Shown here in pieces: positions 9,039 to 17,922 of a stretch of DNA of 64,000 bases; the stretch's first letter is position 1, and the number at the start of each line of letters is the position of its first letter. A model generated the notes under the pieces. The model ran no database searches. It was not told the origin of the DNA and was given only the letters and a program-made list of their open reading frames with translations. The translations under genes were made by a program, and so were the position numbers. This stretch comes from an uncultured Nitrospiraceae bacterium (GTDB lineage: Bacteria; Nitrospirota; Nitrospiria; Nitrospirales; Nitrospiraceae), in NCBI GenBank assembly GCA_963846575.1, contig CAWJWJ010000002.1, positions 832,001-896,000 of the forward strand, read 5' to 3'.

Positions 9039-10177
9039 GGCCGCCGAATTCGACCACTCCAAGTCGTCTCACGCGGGCCGGCCTGTCGGTGCTCCTGATG
9101 CTGGCCCTGGCCGGCTGCGGGCGGGGTATGGGACCATCCCGCCCGGTCTGGATCGATGGCGGAACCGCTCAGTTTCCTTCCGGGCAGTACTTAGTAGGTG
9201 TGGGCCAGGCTGATACACGGCCACAAGCCACGGAACGGGCCTATGCCGCGGTGTCCAGAATTTTCAAAGCGGAGATTACGGCTCAAGCCAAGGACTGGGA
9301 ATCCTATTTACTGGTGGACACTCGCGGCCGTACCAGCACCGAACATCGACTGACGCTGGACAATGTCACCCGTGTCACGACGGACAAGGTGTTGGAAAAC
9401 GTGCAGGTCTACGATACCTGGTTTGACCGCAACACCAGACAGTACTATGCTCTGGCTGGGATGAATCGGGCACAGGCAGAATCGGCCATGCTCGAACGCA
9501 TTGATGCGCTAGATCGCACCATCCAGACTGAGGTCGAAGAGGCTCATCACACCACGGATAAGCTCATCCACGTACGCAACCTCAAACGGGCGGGGAAGCA
9601 TCTTGTGCTGCGGGAGGCCTACAATACCGACCTTCGTATCATTCGGGCGAGTGGCCAGGGCAATCCGGCATCCTATCGGGTAGCTGAATTAACCAGGGAG
9701 TTGGAGCAGTTGCTTGGCTCGAATTTCGGCGTGGCCGTGGAGATGTCCGGTGATCAAGCCGACCCCGTCGAGCGTGCAGTCGTCGAAGGGCTCACCCGAG
9801 CGGGGTTTTCAGTTCTGGGTCACGAAACCGATTCCGGCGCCGTTCCGCTGGAACTGCTGATCAAGGGGATGGTGCGAGTGCGGTCGATTGACGCGCAGGA
9901 CCCCCACTTTCGCTATGTTCGATGGTGCACGGATGCGGTGGTGGAGGAAACGTCCAGCCATCGCATTATTGGAGCCGTTTCAAAAGGCGGGAGAGAAGGC
10001 CATGTAACAGAGCGTGAGGCAATCGCGAAAGCCGTCCGGGTGATGCAGCAGGAGTTTGCTTCGGATTTCGTTCGTTCGGTCGCAGCGCATGTCTATGGGG
10101 AAATGGATCTACCGGCTCCGGAGACGCTGCAGTCCGGCTGTCCGGGTGAGGCGCTTCAGCCGCAAGCGGTTCATTAA
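9035..10177 (+). CDS. LPP20-family lipoprotein
   Basis: Lipobox LAGC; RPVWI...YLVGVGQA...ATERAYAAVSRIF; ATGA overlap with the upstream gene. Confidence 0.75.
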   Translation: MRPPNSTTPSRLTRAGLSVLLMLALAGCGRGMGPSRPVWIDGGTAQFPSGQYLVGVGQADTRPQATERAYAAVSRIFKAEITAQAKDWESYLLVDTRGRTSTEHRLTLDNVTRVTTDKVLENVQVYDTWFDRNTRQYYALAGMNRAQAESAMLERIDALDRTIQTEVEEAHHTTDKLIHVRNLKRAGKHLVLREAYNTDLRIIRASGQGNPASYRVAELTRELEQLLGSNFGVAVEMSGDQADPVERAVVEGLTRAGFSVLGHETDSGAVPLELLIKGMVRVRSIDAQDPHFRYVRWCTDAVVEETSSHRIIGAVSKGGREGHVTEREAIAKAVRVMQQEFASDFVRSVAAHVYGEMDLPAPETLQSGCPGEALQPQAVH

Positions 10178-10214
10178 GGTCGTGAGGTAACCACACAAGG
10201 AGGAGAGGAAAGGG

Positions 10215-10463
10215 ATGCGTAAAACAGGGACGGAAAAGGCCGCCGACCAGGGCACCGGTGGACGAAAATTATCCAGCCAAGCCATGAAGAAAATGTTGCG
10301 CGAACGCCTGGCTGCAGATACCCGACAGGTGCTTCACAGCGAAATTGTCGGCATTTTTCGTAAGCAGGGGTACTATGAGGAGCTGCCGCTGGATGAGTTG
10401 CAGGATCGCCTCTCCAAGCTTCAGTCGCCGCTGGCTGCCAGCCTCTTGAAGGGAAGGGTGTAG
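10215..10463 (+). CDS. Small protein, putative antitoxin of the downstream PIN protein
   Basis: 82 aa; strong AAGGAG RBS; ends 1 nt before the PIN gene; C-terminal LAASLLKGR resembles VapB ends. Confidence 0.55.
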   Translation: MRKTGTEKAADQGTGGRKLSSQAMKKMLRERLAADTRQVLHSEIVGIFRKQGYYEELPLDELQDRLSKLQSPLAASLLKGRV

Positions 10464-10464
10464 G

Positions 10465-10908
10465 ATGCCGTATTACTATTTTGATTCAACCGCGTTGGTC
10501 AAGCGGTACAGCATGGAACGTGGAACCCGCGTCGTCAATAAGCTCATGGTGAAGCGAGGTAAGGTGGCGATTGTGCCCATGTGGAGCGTTACGGATTTTT
10601 ATTCGGCCCTTTCCGTTCGCGCACAGCAGGGAGAAATCACAAGGGACGATTGTTACTCGGTGTTGTACAAGTTTGAAATGGAAGCGTCTCAAGGCCTCTT
10701 TCAATTCATTTCTCCGACGATGAGTACCTACCTGGCTTCACGGGAGCTGATCCTTGATTATCCGGCTTTACGCTCCGTGCAGTTGCAGCATCTGGCTCTG
10801 GCGTTGGAGCTCAAGCCGTTACGGTTGACGGTGGTCAGCGCCGATAAGCAATTGCTGGCGGCCTGTCGTCCGGCAGGTCTCCACATCATTAATCCGGAGG
10901 ATGATTAG
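10465..10908 (+). CDS. PIN-domain (VapC-like) protein
   Basis: YYYFDSTALVKRY...E.GT, LRSVQLQHLALA and VVSADKQLLAAC...INP match the VapC pattern. Confidence 0.85.
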   Translation: MPYYYFDSTALVKRYSMERGTRVVNKLMVKRGKVAIVPMWSVTDFYSALSVRAQQGEITRDDCYSVLYKFEMEASQGLFQFISPTMSTYLASRELILDYPALRSVQLQHLALALELKPLRLTVVSADKQLLAACRPAGLHIINPEDD

Positions 10909-10918
10909 GGCATGGCGC

Positions 10919-11518
10919 TTACGCCGGACACTGGAATTCAACTCGCATAGAACTGAGCACGATCGCCCAATCTTCCATGGACTGCTGAACCGGTTTCATT
11001 CGCGGGTGAGCAGCGTCGGGCGGTGGGGTCTGATCCGGCTTTTCAATGGCAGCCTGTGCGTGGTTCAGTTCGAGTTGCCCGAGTTGAAGACTGCCGCACA
11101 CTCCGGCTGAAGCGGGCAACCCTCCGCCGGCCCGACGAAACAGAGCGACGGCCCGGTAGCCATGTTCTTGGGATCGGTACAGGTGCTCGGCCACGGTGAA
11201 TACCTGGCTTAACGCAGAACCGGAGTGTCGTTTTGCCAATTGAGCGGCCATGAGTGCCGCTCGCCCCATGCTCATGGCCGCACCCTCGGCATCCTCATTG
11301 CCCATGGCCTCCTCCGCTTTCGTGCGTAGCCGGTCCAGTTCCGCTTCATCGCCCATGACCTGCGCTTGAACAGGAAGGGCGAAGCAGGCAAGAAGAACCA
11401 GCACTGAGCCATACCTTGTGACGATGGGGCTGAGGACCCAAGACTCACCATGGCCGGCGGGAAGAGAGAGGGAGCCTACTGGACATACTCCCAGGTGTCG
11501 ATTTGTTTGATACTCCAA
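10919..11518 (-). CDS. Hypothetical exported helical protein (start uncertain)
   Basis: Signal-like segment VLVLLACFALPVQAQ followed by an Ala-rich helical domain; follows the HEAT gene on the same strand. Confidence 0.6.
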   Translation of the reverse strand: MEYQTNRHLGVCPVGSLSLPAGHGESWVLSPIVTRYGSVLVLLACFALPVQAQVMGDEAELDRLRTKAEEAMGNEDAEGAAMSMGRAALMAAQLAKRHSGSALSQVFTVAEHLYRSQEHGYRAVALFRRAGGGLPASAGVCGSLQLGQLELNHAQAAIEKPDQTPPPDAAHPRMKPVQQSMEDWAIVLSSMRVEFQCPA

Positions 11519-12552
11519 TTGACGGCTTCCTTCAGTTTGACAAGCTTCGGATCGGCATCATTCTCGTGAACGCGGTACAGGGATTTCTGCAAGGTGAACA
11601 GGGGTTCGTAGGCCCGCCTGTCAGGCAATTTTCCAAGGGCCCAGGCAACCTCAGTTTTTACGGCGACGTCCTCTGTGTTCAAGGTTGCGAGCAGGGGATC
11701 GATGATCGTGAAATCGCCGTGCAACGCGCCGACGTATCCCAAAGCCTTTGCCGCCGCGGCACGCAGCTCCGGCGCCCCGGTCTTCATCGTTTGAATCAGG
11801 GTCGGAATCGTTTCTTTCTTACCGATATTGCCCAGGGCGAGAGCCGAGGCTCTCGCGATGGAAAGATCCGTTCCATTCAACCCCGTTAAGAGCCGTGGAA
11901 CCGCACTCTCGGAGAAGAGTTCGCCGAAGAGAGCGATCAACTTAACTTTTCGAGCGACCGGCGTGGTCGGATCGTCGTAGAGACGAAACAGCCGTTCTTC
12001 TTGTCCCCATTCAGCCGTGATGAGGGCGGGGAAATCGTACTCCTCCAGCCGGCTCTTGAGCTTCGTCATGGTAAAGGCGGTCGGATCGTCAGATTTGGCG
12101 AGAGTCGCCGCGGCCTGCGGGTTGTCAAATTCCGTCCGGACCTCTTTCCGCCAGGCCATTTTCTTTCCGTTGAGGATATATGCGAGCTGACAGGCTGGTC
12201 CCTTCCAGAGCCGCGAAGGCGCGTCTGGAAGATCGGCATCGCTTCCCATGTTCGTCGTACCTTCCCAGGTTTTGCGCTGCTCGCATTTGATCTTCAGCTC
12301 GACATCGTAGGGCTGGGCCGCATCGGTTACCGGCGTATACCCGAATTCTTTCATGCGGTTGGCTGCCACTTCGAGCAACGGGCCGGCATCGATGGATCCG
12401 TTGTTCGACAAGGCCAGCACATCGATCAGGACGCGATCAATTCGTTCCATCTGAGCCTTTTGCTCCACGGTCAACGCGTCGCGACGCGCCCAGCTCACGT
12501 CACTCATGAGGAACAGTGCAGCCACGGTCATCAGCGTCACGATAGGTTTCAT
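11476..12552 (-). CDS. Exported HEAT/PBS-lyase repeat protein
   Basis: Signal peptide from MKPIV (ATG at 12552, GGAG RBS); repeats ARASALALGNIG, RAAAAKALGYVG, KTEVAWALGKL. Confidence 0.85.
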   Translation of the reverse strand: MKPIVTLMTVAALFLMSDVSWARRDALTVEQKAQMERIDRVLIDVLALSNNGSIDAGPLLEVAANRMKEFGYTPVTDAAQPYDVELKIKCEQRKTWEGTTNMGSDADLPDAPSRLWKGPACQLAYILNGKKMAWRKEVRTEFDNPQAAATLAKSDDPTAFTMTKLKSRLEEYDFPALITAEWGQEERLFRLYDDPTTPVARKVKLIALFGELFSESAVPRLLTGLNGTDLSIARASALALGNIGKKETIPTLIQTMKTGAPELRAAAAKALGYVGALHGDFTIIDPLLATLNTEDVAVKTEVAWALGKLPDRRAYEPLFTLQKSLYRVHENDADPKLVKLKEAVNWSIKQIDTWEYVQ

Positions 12553-12632
12553 GTCGGCTCCGTTCTGCTGAAAAGCGGCGAGGAGGAATATCAGATTCCC
12601 CACTTTATACAACCCTTTCCGGCGGTTGCAAG

Positions 12633-12662
12633 TTGCGCCGCTTGAGCGAGCGTCCGTATAAT
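12633..12662 (+). promoter_or_regulatory. Candidate sigma70 promoter giving a leaderless proC mRNA
   Basis: TTGCGC-N18-TATAAT, 6 nt before the ATG at 12669; no SD sequence. Confidence 0.55.
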
Positions 12663-12668
12663 CACGCC

Positions 12669-13499
12669 ATGTTGACGGGAAAACGAATCGCGTTCATCGG
12701 TGGCGGCCACATGGCTCAATCATTGCTCGCTGGTTTATTCCGAAAGGGGCTGACGAGCCTGGAGCGCATCACCGTCAGTGACCCCCACCTGCCCCGTCGA
12801 GAGGACTGTGCCCGACTGTTTGGCGTCGCCGCCTCGGCCGATAATCGGTGGGCCGCTACAGGTGCGGACCTACTTGTGCTGTGTGTTGAACCGCAGGTGC
12901 TTGATGACGTGCTGCTCGAGTTGGCATCGATCGTTCAGGGGGAGACACTCGTCATCTCAGTCGCCGCCGGCTATCCTATCGCCCGCATCCGGCGGCATCT
13001 CCCGTCCGCGACCAAAGTAGTCCGTGCCATGCCCAATACCCCTTCGGCCATCGGGGAAGGCGTGACGGCACTCAGCGTTCCGGCAAGCCTTTCACCAGAC
13101 GATCTGGCGCTGGCGAGGACTGTATTTGAATCGGTCGGCCAGGCGGTGGTGGTGGAAGAGCGTCTGTTGGATGCGGTTACCGGCCTGAGCGGAAGCGGAC
13201 CAGCCTACGTATTCGCAATGATCGAAGCCTTGGCGGACGGCGGGGTATTGATGGGATTGCCCCGGGCGACGTCGCAACTTCTGGCGGCACAGACCATGGC
13301 CGGCTCGGCCCGTATGATTCTCGAGTTGGCGGAACATCCCGGCGTGTTGAAAGATCGTGTGGCCTCACCTGGAGGCACGACGATTGCGGGTCTTCGTTGT
13401 CTGGAAGAGGGACGCTTGCGCGCCACCTTGATGGCGACGGTGGAGGCGGCTACCACACGATCACAGGAGCTGGGTAAGGCGGGGCCATCCGAAAATTAG
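12669..13499 (+). CDS. proC: Pyrroline-5-carboxylate reductase
   Basis: IAFIGGGHM, ISVAAG, RAMPNTP, TGLSGSGPAY and VASPGGTTIAG motifs. Confidence 0.96.
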   Translation: MLTGKRIAFIGGGHMAQSLLAGLFRKGLTSLERITVSDPHLPRREDCARLFGVAASADNRWAATGADLLVLCVEPQVLDDVLLELASIVQGETLVISVAAGYPIARIRRHLPSATKVVRAMPNTPSAIGEGVTALSVPASLSPDDLALARTVFESVGQAVVVEERLLDAVTGLSGSGPAYVFAMIEALADGGVLMGLPRATSQLLAAQTMAGSARMILELAEHPGVLKDRVASPGGTTIAGLRCLEEGRLRATLMATVEAATTRSQELGKAGPSEN

Positions 13500-13511
13500 G
13501 AGGAGTGATCA

Positions 13512-13706
13512 ATGCAATACTGGGTCAAAGTCGTATTCGCCGACAATCAAGAGCTGCTCGTGAAGGATGCCATTCGTCACACGATCAGTGAAGATATGGA
13601 AGTGCTGGAAGTAGATTCGGCCAAAGAAGTCATCATCATACCCATGAAGCAGATCAAGTACATCGCGTGCGATGCGACGGTGTTCGCACAAAAATCAAAG
13701 ACATAA
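13512..13706 (+). CDS. Small beta-rich hypothetical protein (64 aa)
   Basis: GGAGGAG RBS; 12 nt after the proC stop; alternating hydrophobic beta-strand pattern. Confidence 0.75.
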   Translation: MQYWVKVVFADNQELLVKDAIRHTISEDMEVLEVDSAKEVIIIPMKQIKYIACDATVFAQKSKT

Positions 13707-13717
13707 CCGCGGTTGGA

Positions 13718-14743
13718 TCAGGAAGCCAAACAGTTTGTCTCCAGGACATTAACTTCGTCATCCGCCTGGCGCAGTTCCCATCTACTCCTGACAATCATTT
13801 GCGCCCCGTCTCGTCGAAGATGTACAAGCGTCCCTTCCCAGCGCCCCTTTGAGTGTAACTCTTGCTCAATAAGCCCCAGGGGTTGGGGAAACCGTGTATT
13901 GAGCAGGCTATGTGTTCGCTTGGCCACCGCTTCATCCGAATCCCATCCGTATAGGACACAGGCCTCCTGATTCCAGGATTTAATGGTTCCGTCCAAGCGA
14001 CGTACTATCAGGGCCTCCTGGCGATGATCGCGGACGAGCTTGCCCTGGGGTTGGTCTCGATGTTTGACGACACGCGCCGGGTTGCCTGCTACGATGGCGG
14101 AAGGCGCCACATCCCGGGTCACAATGGCTCCCGCTCCCACAACCGCGCCTTTCCCTATTCTGACTCCGCTGAGGATGGTCGCGCCTCGGCCGATCCACAC
14201 GTCATCCTCGACCACAATCTCCCCCTTCGTCTGTAACGGCTGTTTCTGCATCATCTCACCGGGGACGATCCCGTGATTATAGGGGTAGAAGTGACAATTT
14301 GCCGCGATCATCGCATGGGCGCCGATACGAATGTCCGATAGATAGGCAACCAAGGTGCATCCTCGCCCGATTGACGTGTATTCACCGATGTAAATGGAGC
14401 CCTGTTGCCCCGTGGTGAACTCGCACCCATCGCCCACCCAGACCCGGTCGCCTAGGGTGACTGCCCCGCCGTCCTGATCGCGCACGAGACGCACGTCCCG
14501 ATCGATGAAAATATGGCGTCCCAGATTGAGGGCGTCATGATGGATGCGAACCGACGCCGCCACATAGCCGAACTCAAACCAGTGCGCGAGATTTTGTTGG
14601 ATATAGTAACGGACGTGGGGCAACGGTACCGAGGTGGCGAGCCGGGTGGCGAGACGGCCCAGGGTGCTCAGGCTCGCAAACCGCATCCAGAAGCGCGCCC
14701 AACGGATAGCTGCACGATTCTTCCAGTTCATAGTATTCAGCAT
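13718..14743 (-). CDS. Hexapeptide-repeat (LbH) acyltransferase fused to a C-terminal PAS domain
   Basis: IVVEDDVWIGRGATILSGVRIGKGAVVGAGAIVTRDV...GNPARVVK followed by EALIVRRLDGTIKSWN...LYGW...GRWEGTLVHLRRDG. Confidence 0.85.
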   Translation of the reverse strand: MLNTMNWKNRAAIRWARFWMRFASLSTLGRLATRLATSVPLPHVRYYIQQNLAHWFEFGYVAASVRIHHDALNLGRHIFIDRDVRLVRDQDGGAVTLGDRVWVGDGCEFTTGQQGSIYIGEYTSIGRGCTLVAYLSDIRIGAHAMIAANCHFYPYNHGIVPGEMMQKQPLQTKGEIVVEDDVWIGRGATILSGVRIGKGAVVGAGAIVTRDVAPSAIVAGNPARVVKHRDQPQGKLVRDHRQEALIVRRLDGTIKSWNQEACVLYGWDSDEAVAKRTHSLLNTRFPQPLGLIEQELHSKGRWEGTLVHLRRDGAQMIVRSRWELRQADDEVNVLETNCLAS

Positions 14744-15188
14744 CGAATCAGTGTTTCCCAGCTTGTGCAGACCTCTCAGTCCGCACAGAGTATAGTCATC
14801 GCAACTCCAGAAAAACTAGGGGAAACCCGTGAACGCCTCGACCCGATCCTGGGCGTCGTCATGGTTATGACCTTGATCCCGGTGATAAGAATGGTAAGCC
14901 CGGGCCACGCGTGGGCCAAATCATTCAAGTAGGCGCAGAAAGTGACGAGGTTGTCGTAGAGACTAGGATGCAGCCCTGCCTCAGCAATGCCTGGCTCACA
15001 GAGCAAAGAAAATTTCTGTAAAATTTCTTTAACGGGTCGTAGCGATTTGGTCCCCGATCAGGCGGATTGAGGGGAGTGAGCCGATGAATCAACTCTCCTG
15101 GTTGCAAGAGTGCGCACTCAAGCCGGTTCAGGGCGCGCTATCGTCTTTCGGAACCGGTATCCTGCCACGTGGGACACGGCCGAAAACG

Positions 15189-16499
15189 TCAGGACTTAGC
15201 CGTTAGCTCTGAGCCCCTCCCGCCTGTATCCCGGCCTGACGAACCCTCAACTAGGGCCGGCTTTTCTGGTGCGGTCTCCAATGTGGGATCCCAATCGTGG
15301 TCGCGATCGACCGCATCGATCAACCGTTCGAAAATATCGGGAATCGCACCGGTGACTCGGCTCCAGTTCGAGATCATCGGTACCCCCAACGGGTCTTCTA
15401 AGAATGTTTCCGTCGCGACTTTCATGCCCTTCAGGAATACCTCGACAGCCATCCGCTCTTCGTGCCGGTCGAACTGCAGGCTGTTAATGGCGGCATCATT
15501 CTGGTAGCGGGTGATAGCCTCCTGTGCCGACTGCAGATAGGTCGCCCGTAATGCCTTCAGGACTGCTTCCGACAGGACCACCCCTTCGCTCGCGAGGTTC
15601 CGGAAGAGCGACTTGGTAATATCCACGCACATTTTCTGCAACCCCAGGTCAGCATTGTCCGCCGACAGAGTCTGGTGCTTGTGTTCATAAGCATCGGCGA
15701 TGTCGGCCTGACAAATCCTTCTCAGTGCGCAGTTGCGATAAATTTCGGCCAAGACTCCCACTTCCAGCCCCCAATCGCCTGGAATGCGATTAATCCAGGC
15801 CAGGTCTCGCACCATGGCGAATTCGCCCGCGAGGGGATAGCGAAAGCTGTCAAGAAAGGTCAACAGGGGATGGGATCCCACCACTTGCTGAAGGCTTCGA
15901 ATCAGCGGCGTAAGGTACAGACGCGTCACGCGGCCATGGAGACGATTGGTGACCCGACTGTAATACCCTTTGCAGAACTCATATCCTAAGTTGGGGTTGA
16001 CGATCGGATAGCAGAGTCTGGCCAGGTACTCGCGATTGTAACTCAGAATGTCACAGTCGTGAAGCGCGATCACATTGCTCTGACCGCGCGCGAGGACGTA
16101 CCCGAAGGCCATCCAGCACCCGCGGCCTTTTCCTTGGAGTCCGGTGTCGATCTCAGCCTGAGCCAACAGCTTGAGAATGTCCTGAATGCCCGTCCCATCG
16201 TTGTACACAATACGAACCCGCTGGGGCAGCACGGCAAAAAACTGTTTGGCCAGGCGAAACTCCAACGGCGAAGCTCGATCCAGCGAGATTACGATCTCAT
16301 TCACATACCGGATGTCTTTCAACACCTGCACGATGTGTTTGAGCGCTGGATTTTCAAGCTCGGAATAGAGCGAGGGGAGCACCAGGGCTATTGGATTGGT
16401 GGCCGCATGCCGTTCCAACTCTTTTTCCAGTTGCTCGAGATTGGAAGTGCCTAGACGGTGCAGCACCGTCACGAGTCCGTTCTGATGAAAATCCGACAT
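15189..16499 (-). CDS. gpgS: Glucosyl-/mannosyl-3-phosphoglycerate synthase-like glycosyltransferase
   Basis: MSDFHQNG.VT.LH start, GKGRGCW, ALHDCDI, FCKGYYSR, GRVTRL, FRYPLAGEF, DWGLEVG, YEHKHQ; GGAGG RBS before 16499. Confidence 0.8.
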   Translation of the reverse strand: MSDFHQNGLVTVLHRLGTSNLEQLEKELERHAATNPIALVLPSLYSELENPALKHIVQVLKDIRYVNEIVISLDRASPLEFRLAKQFFAVLPQRVRIVYNDGTGIQDILKLLAQAEIDTGLQGKGRGCWMAFGYVLARGQSNVIALHDCDILSYNREYLARLCYPIVNPNLGYEFCKGYYSRVTNRLHGRVTRLYLTPLIRSLQQVVGSHPLLTFLDSFRYPLAGEFAMVRDLAWINRIPGDWGLEVGVLAEIYRNCALRRICQADIADAYEHKHQTLSADNADLGLQKMCVDITKSLFRNLASEGVVLSEAVLKALRATYLQSAQEAITRYQNDAAINSLQFDRHEERMAVEVFLKGMKVATETFLEDPLGVPMISNWSRVTGAIPDIFERLIDAVDRDHDWDPTLETAPEKPALVEGSSGRDTGGRGSELTAKS

Positions 16500-16626
16500 G
16501 GTCCCTCCAGTAGCGGGTTCGAGCGGACGATGAATGGTGAGTGAAGAGCGGCGGTTCCCGAAGCGCTCACACGGGCCGCGACAGGTGCTGAGCAGCAACC
16601 GCCGAGGCGGCTGAGTGAAACCGCTA

Positions 16627-17922
16627 CTACTGAGCCGGAGGCATGGCCTTGCTGGTCACGACCGACTTCACGATCTTGGCCCGTTTGACGGATTCCAGGA
16701 AACGGTCCGGTGGTTCCGGCTTCGGCAAGTTGACTTCGACAGAGTACCAGCCCGACTTCATCGGACCTTTTTTGATCCCGTTCAGTTCCTGAACCAGTTC
16801 CTCGATGCTTTTCTCTGTGGTGCCGTCCTCAAAGGCGACCCAAAACATGAAGGCTTGACGGTCCGCCTCGCGAAGTCCGTCTGCAACAGTGGTCGGAACG
16901 GCCGTTTCCTTTGCGGTGTCGGTTTTGGCCAACACCGTGGGCTTGGGTGCGGCATTGGCTTTGGCCACTTCCAGGGAGGTGAGAGCAAGCCGGGCATGTA
17001 ACTCCCGATTGCGGCTTTCCAGGAGCGCGACTTGTTTGATCAAGGTTTCATTGACGGATTTGATCGATTGCAGATCCTGGCGCACTAATTCCCGGTCGGC
17101 TTCGACCGCGCTCACCGCGACCCGCATGCCGTTCTGCACTTCCTGCGCAACATCGCTCTTGACGGCGTAGAGGTCTTCCTTTACGGCGGCGACTTGGCTG
17201 TTGAGAGTCTGCTGGGTGTGGGTCACGCTATCGACCAGGTTGTTCAATTGCGCAATACGTTCCTGTTCGGACCGAGAAACAGCCAGCGCTACGGCCTGTG
17301 CGTCAATCAACTGCGCCAGTTGCTGGTGTACACGATCGATCTGCTCTTGCGTAGACTGCCGGGCTGCCATTTCTTCTTCGATCTGATGCGCCCGGTCATC
17401 TGATGCCAGCCACCCCGGTATCCGCTCAGCCAGCAATGCCACCACCCCCAGGGCCAGCACGACTTGGGCAAAGGCGGTCGTCATGGTCCAGACGGACGTG
17501 ACCCGCGGAGCCAGCTTGGATGACCCGGAGGGCATGCCGATCGCGGCCACCACATGAGACCACCAGCTGGGGGCTGTCTCGTACCGTACCTGGAGTGAGC
17601 CGCCATCGAAATGGTTGTAGATCTGAATGGTCGCGGTTCCCTTGCCGAGAGGAAGGCGCACATCCTTGTGGCCGGCCTCAGGCGCGACACAGCCGCCGAT
17701 CAAGACTCCGGACTCGCCGCGAATTTCGAGATGTTGAATGCTCCGCTCGCGGGCGGTGAAGGCAAAGGAGGGATTGGCCTGCGCGCAATCCAATGTCCCG
17801 ACGCGTTCATGATTGACGAGGACCTGGAGCAGGCCCGGACGTTCGGCAGCCGCCCGGCGCGGCTGGTCATCCAGAGCGTCAAGCAGATGTTCGCGATAGT
17901 CGTTGAGCTCTGGGACTTCCAT
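16627..17922 (-). CDS. Single-pass membrane protein with a coiled coil and a C-terminal ferredoxin-like (S8 prodomain-like) domain; putative anti-sigma sensor half
   Basis: GAGGAGG RBS before the ATG at 17922; TM segment AFAQVVLALGVVALLA; long heptad region; C-terminal FWVAFEDGTTEKSIEELVQELNG...GPMKSGWYSVEV. Confidence 0.7.
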   Translation of the reverse strand: MEVPELNDYREHLLDALDDQPRRAAAERPGLLQVLVNHERVGTLDCAQANPSFAFTARERSIQHLEIRGESGVLIGGCVAPEAGHKDVRLPLGKGTATIQIYNHFDGGSLQVRYETAPSWWSHVVAAIGMPSGSSKLAPRVTSVWTMTTAFAQVVLALGVVALLAERIPGWLASDDRAHQIEEEMAARQSTQEQIDRVHQQLAQLIDAQAVALAVSRSEQERIAQLNNLVDSVTHTQQTLNSQVAAVKEDLYAVKSDVAQEVQNGMRVAVSAVEADRELVRQDLQSIKSVNETLIKQVALLESRNRELHARLALTSLEVAKANAAPKPTVLAKTDTAKETAVPTTVADGLREADRQAFMFWVAFEDGTTEKSIEELVQELNGIKKGPMKSGWYSVEVNLPKPEPPDRFLESVKRAKIVKSVVTSKAMPPAQ

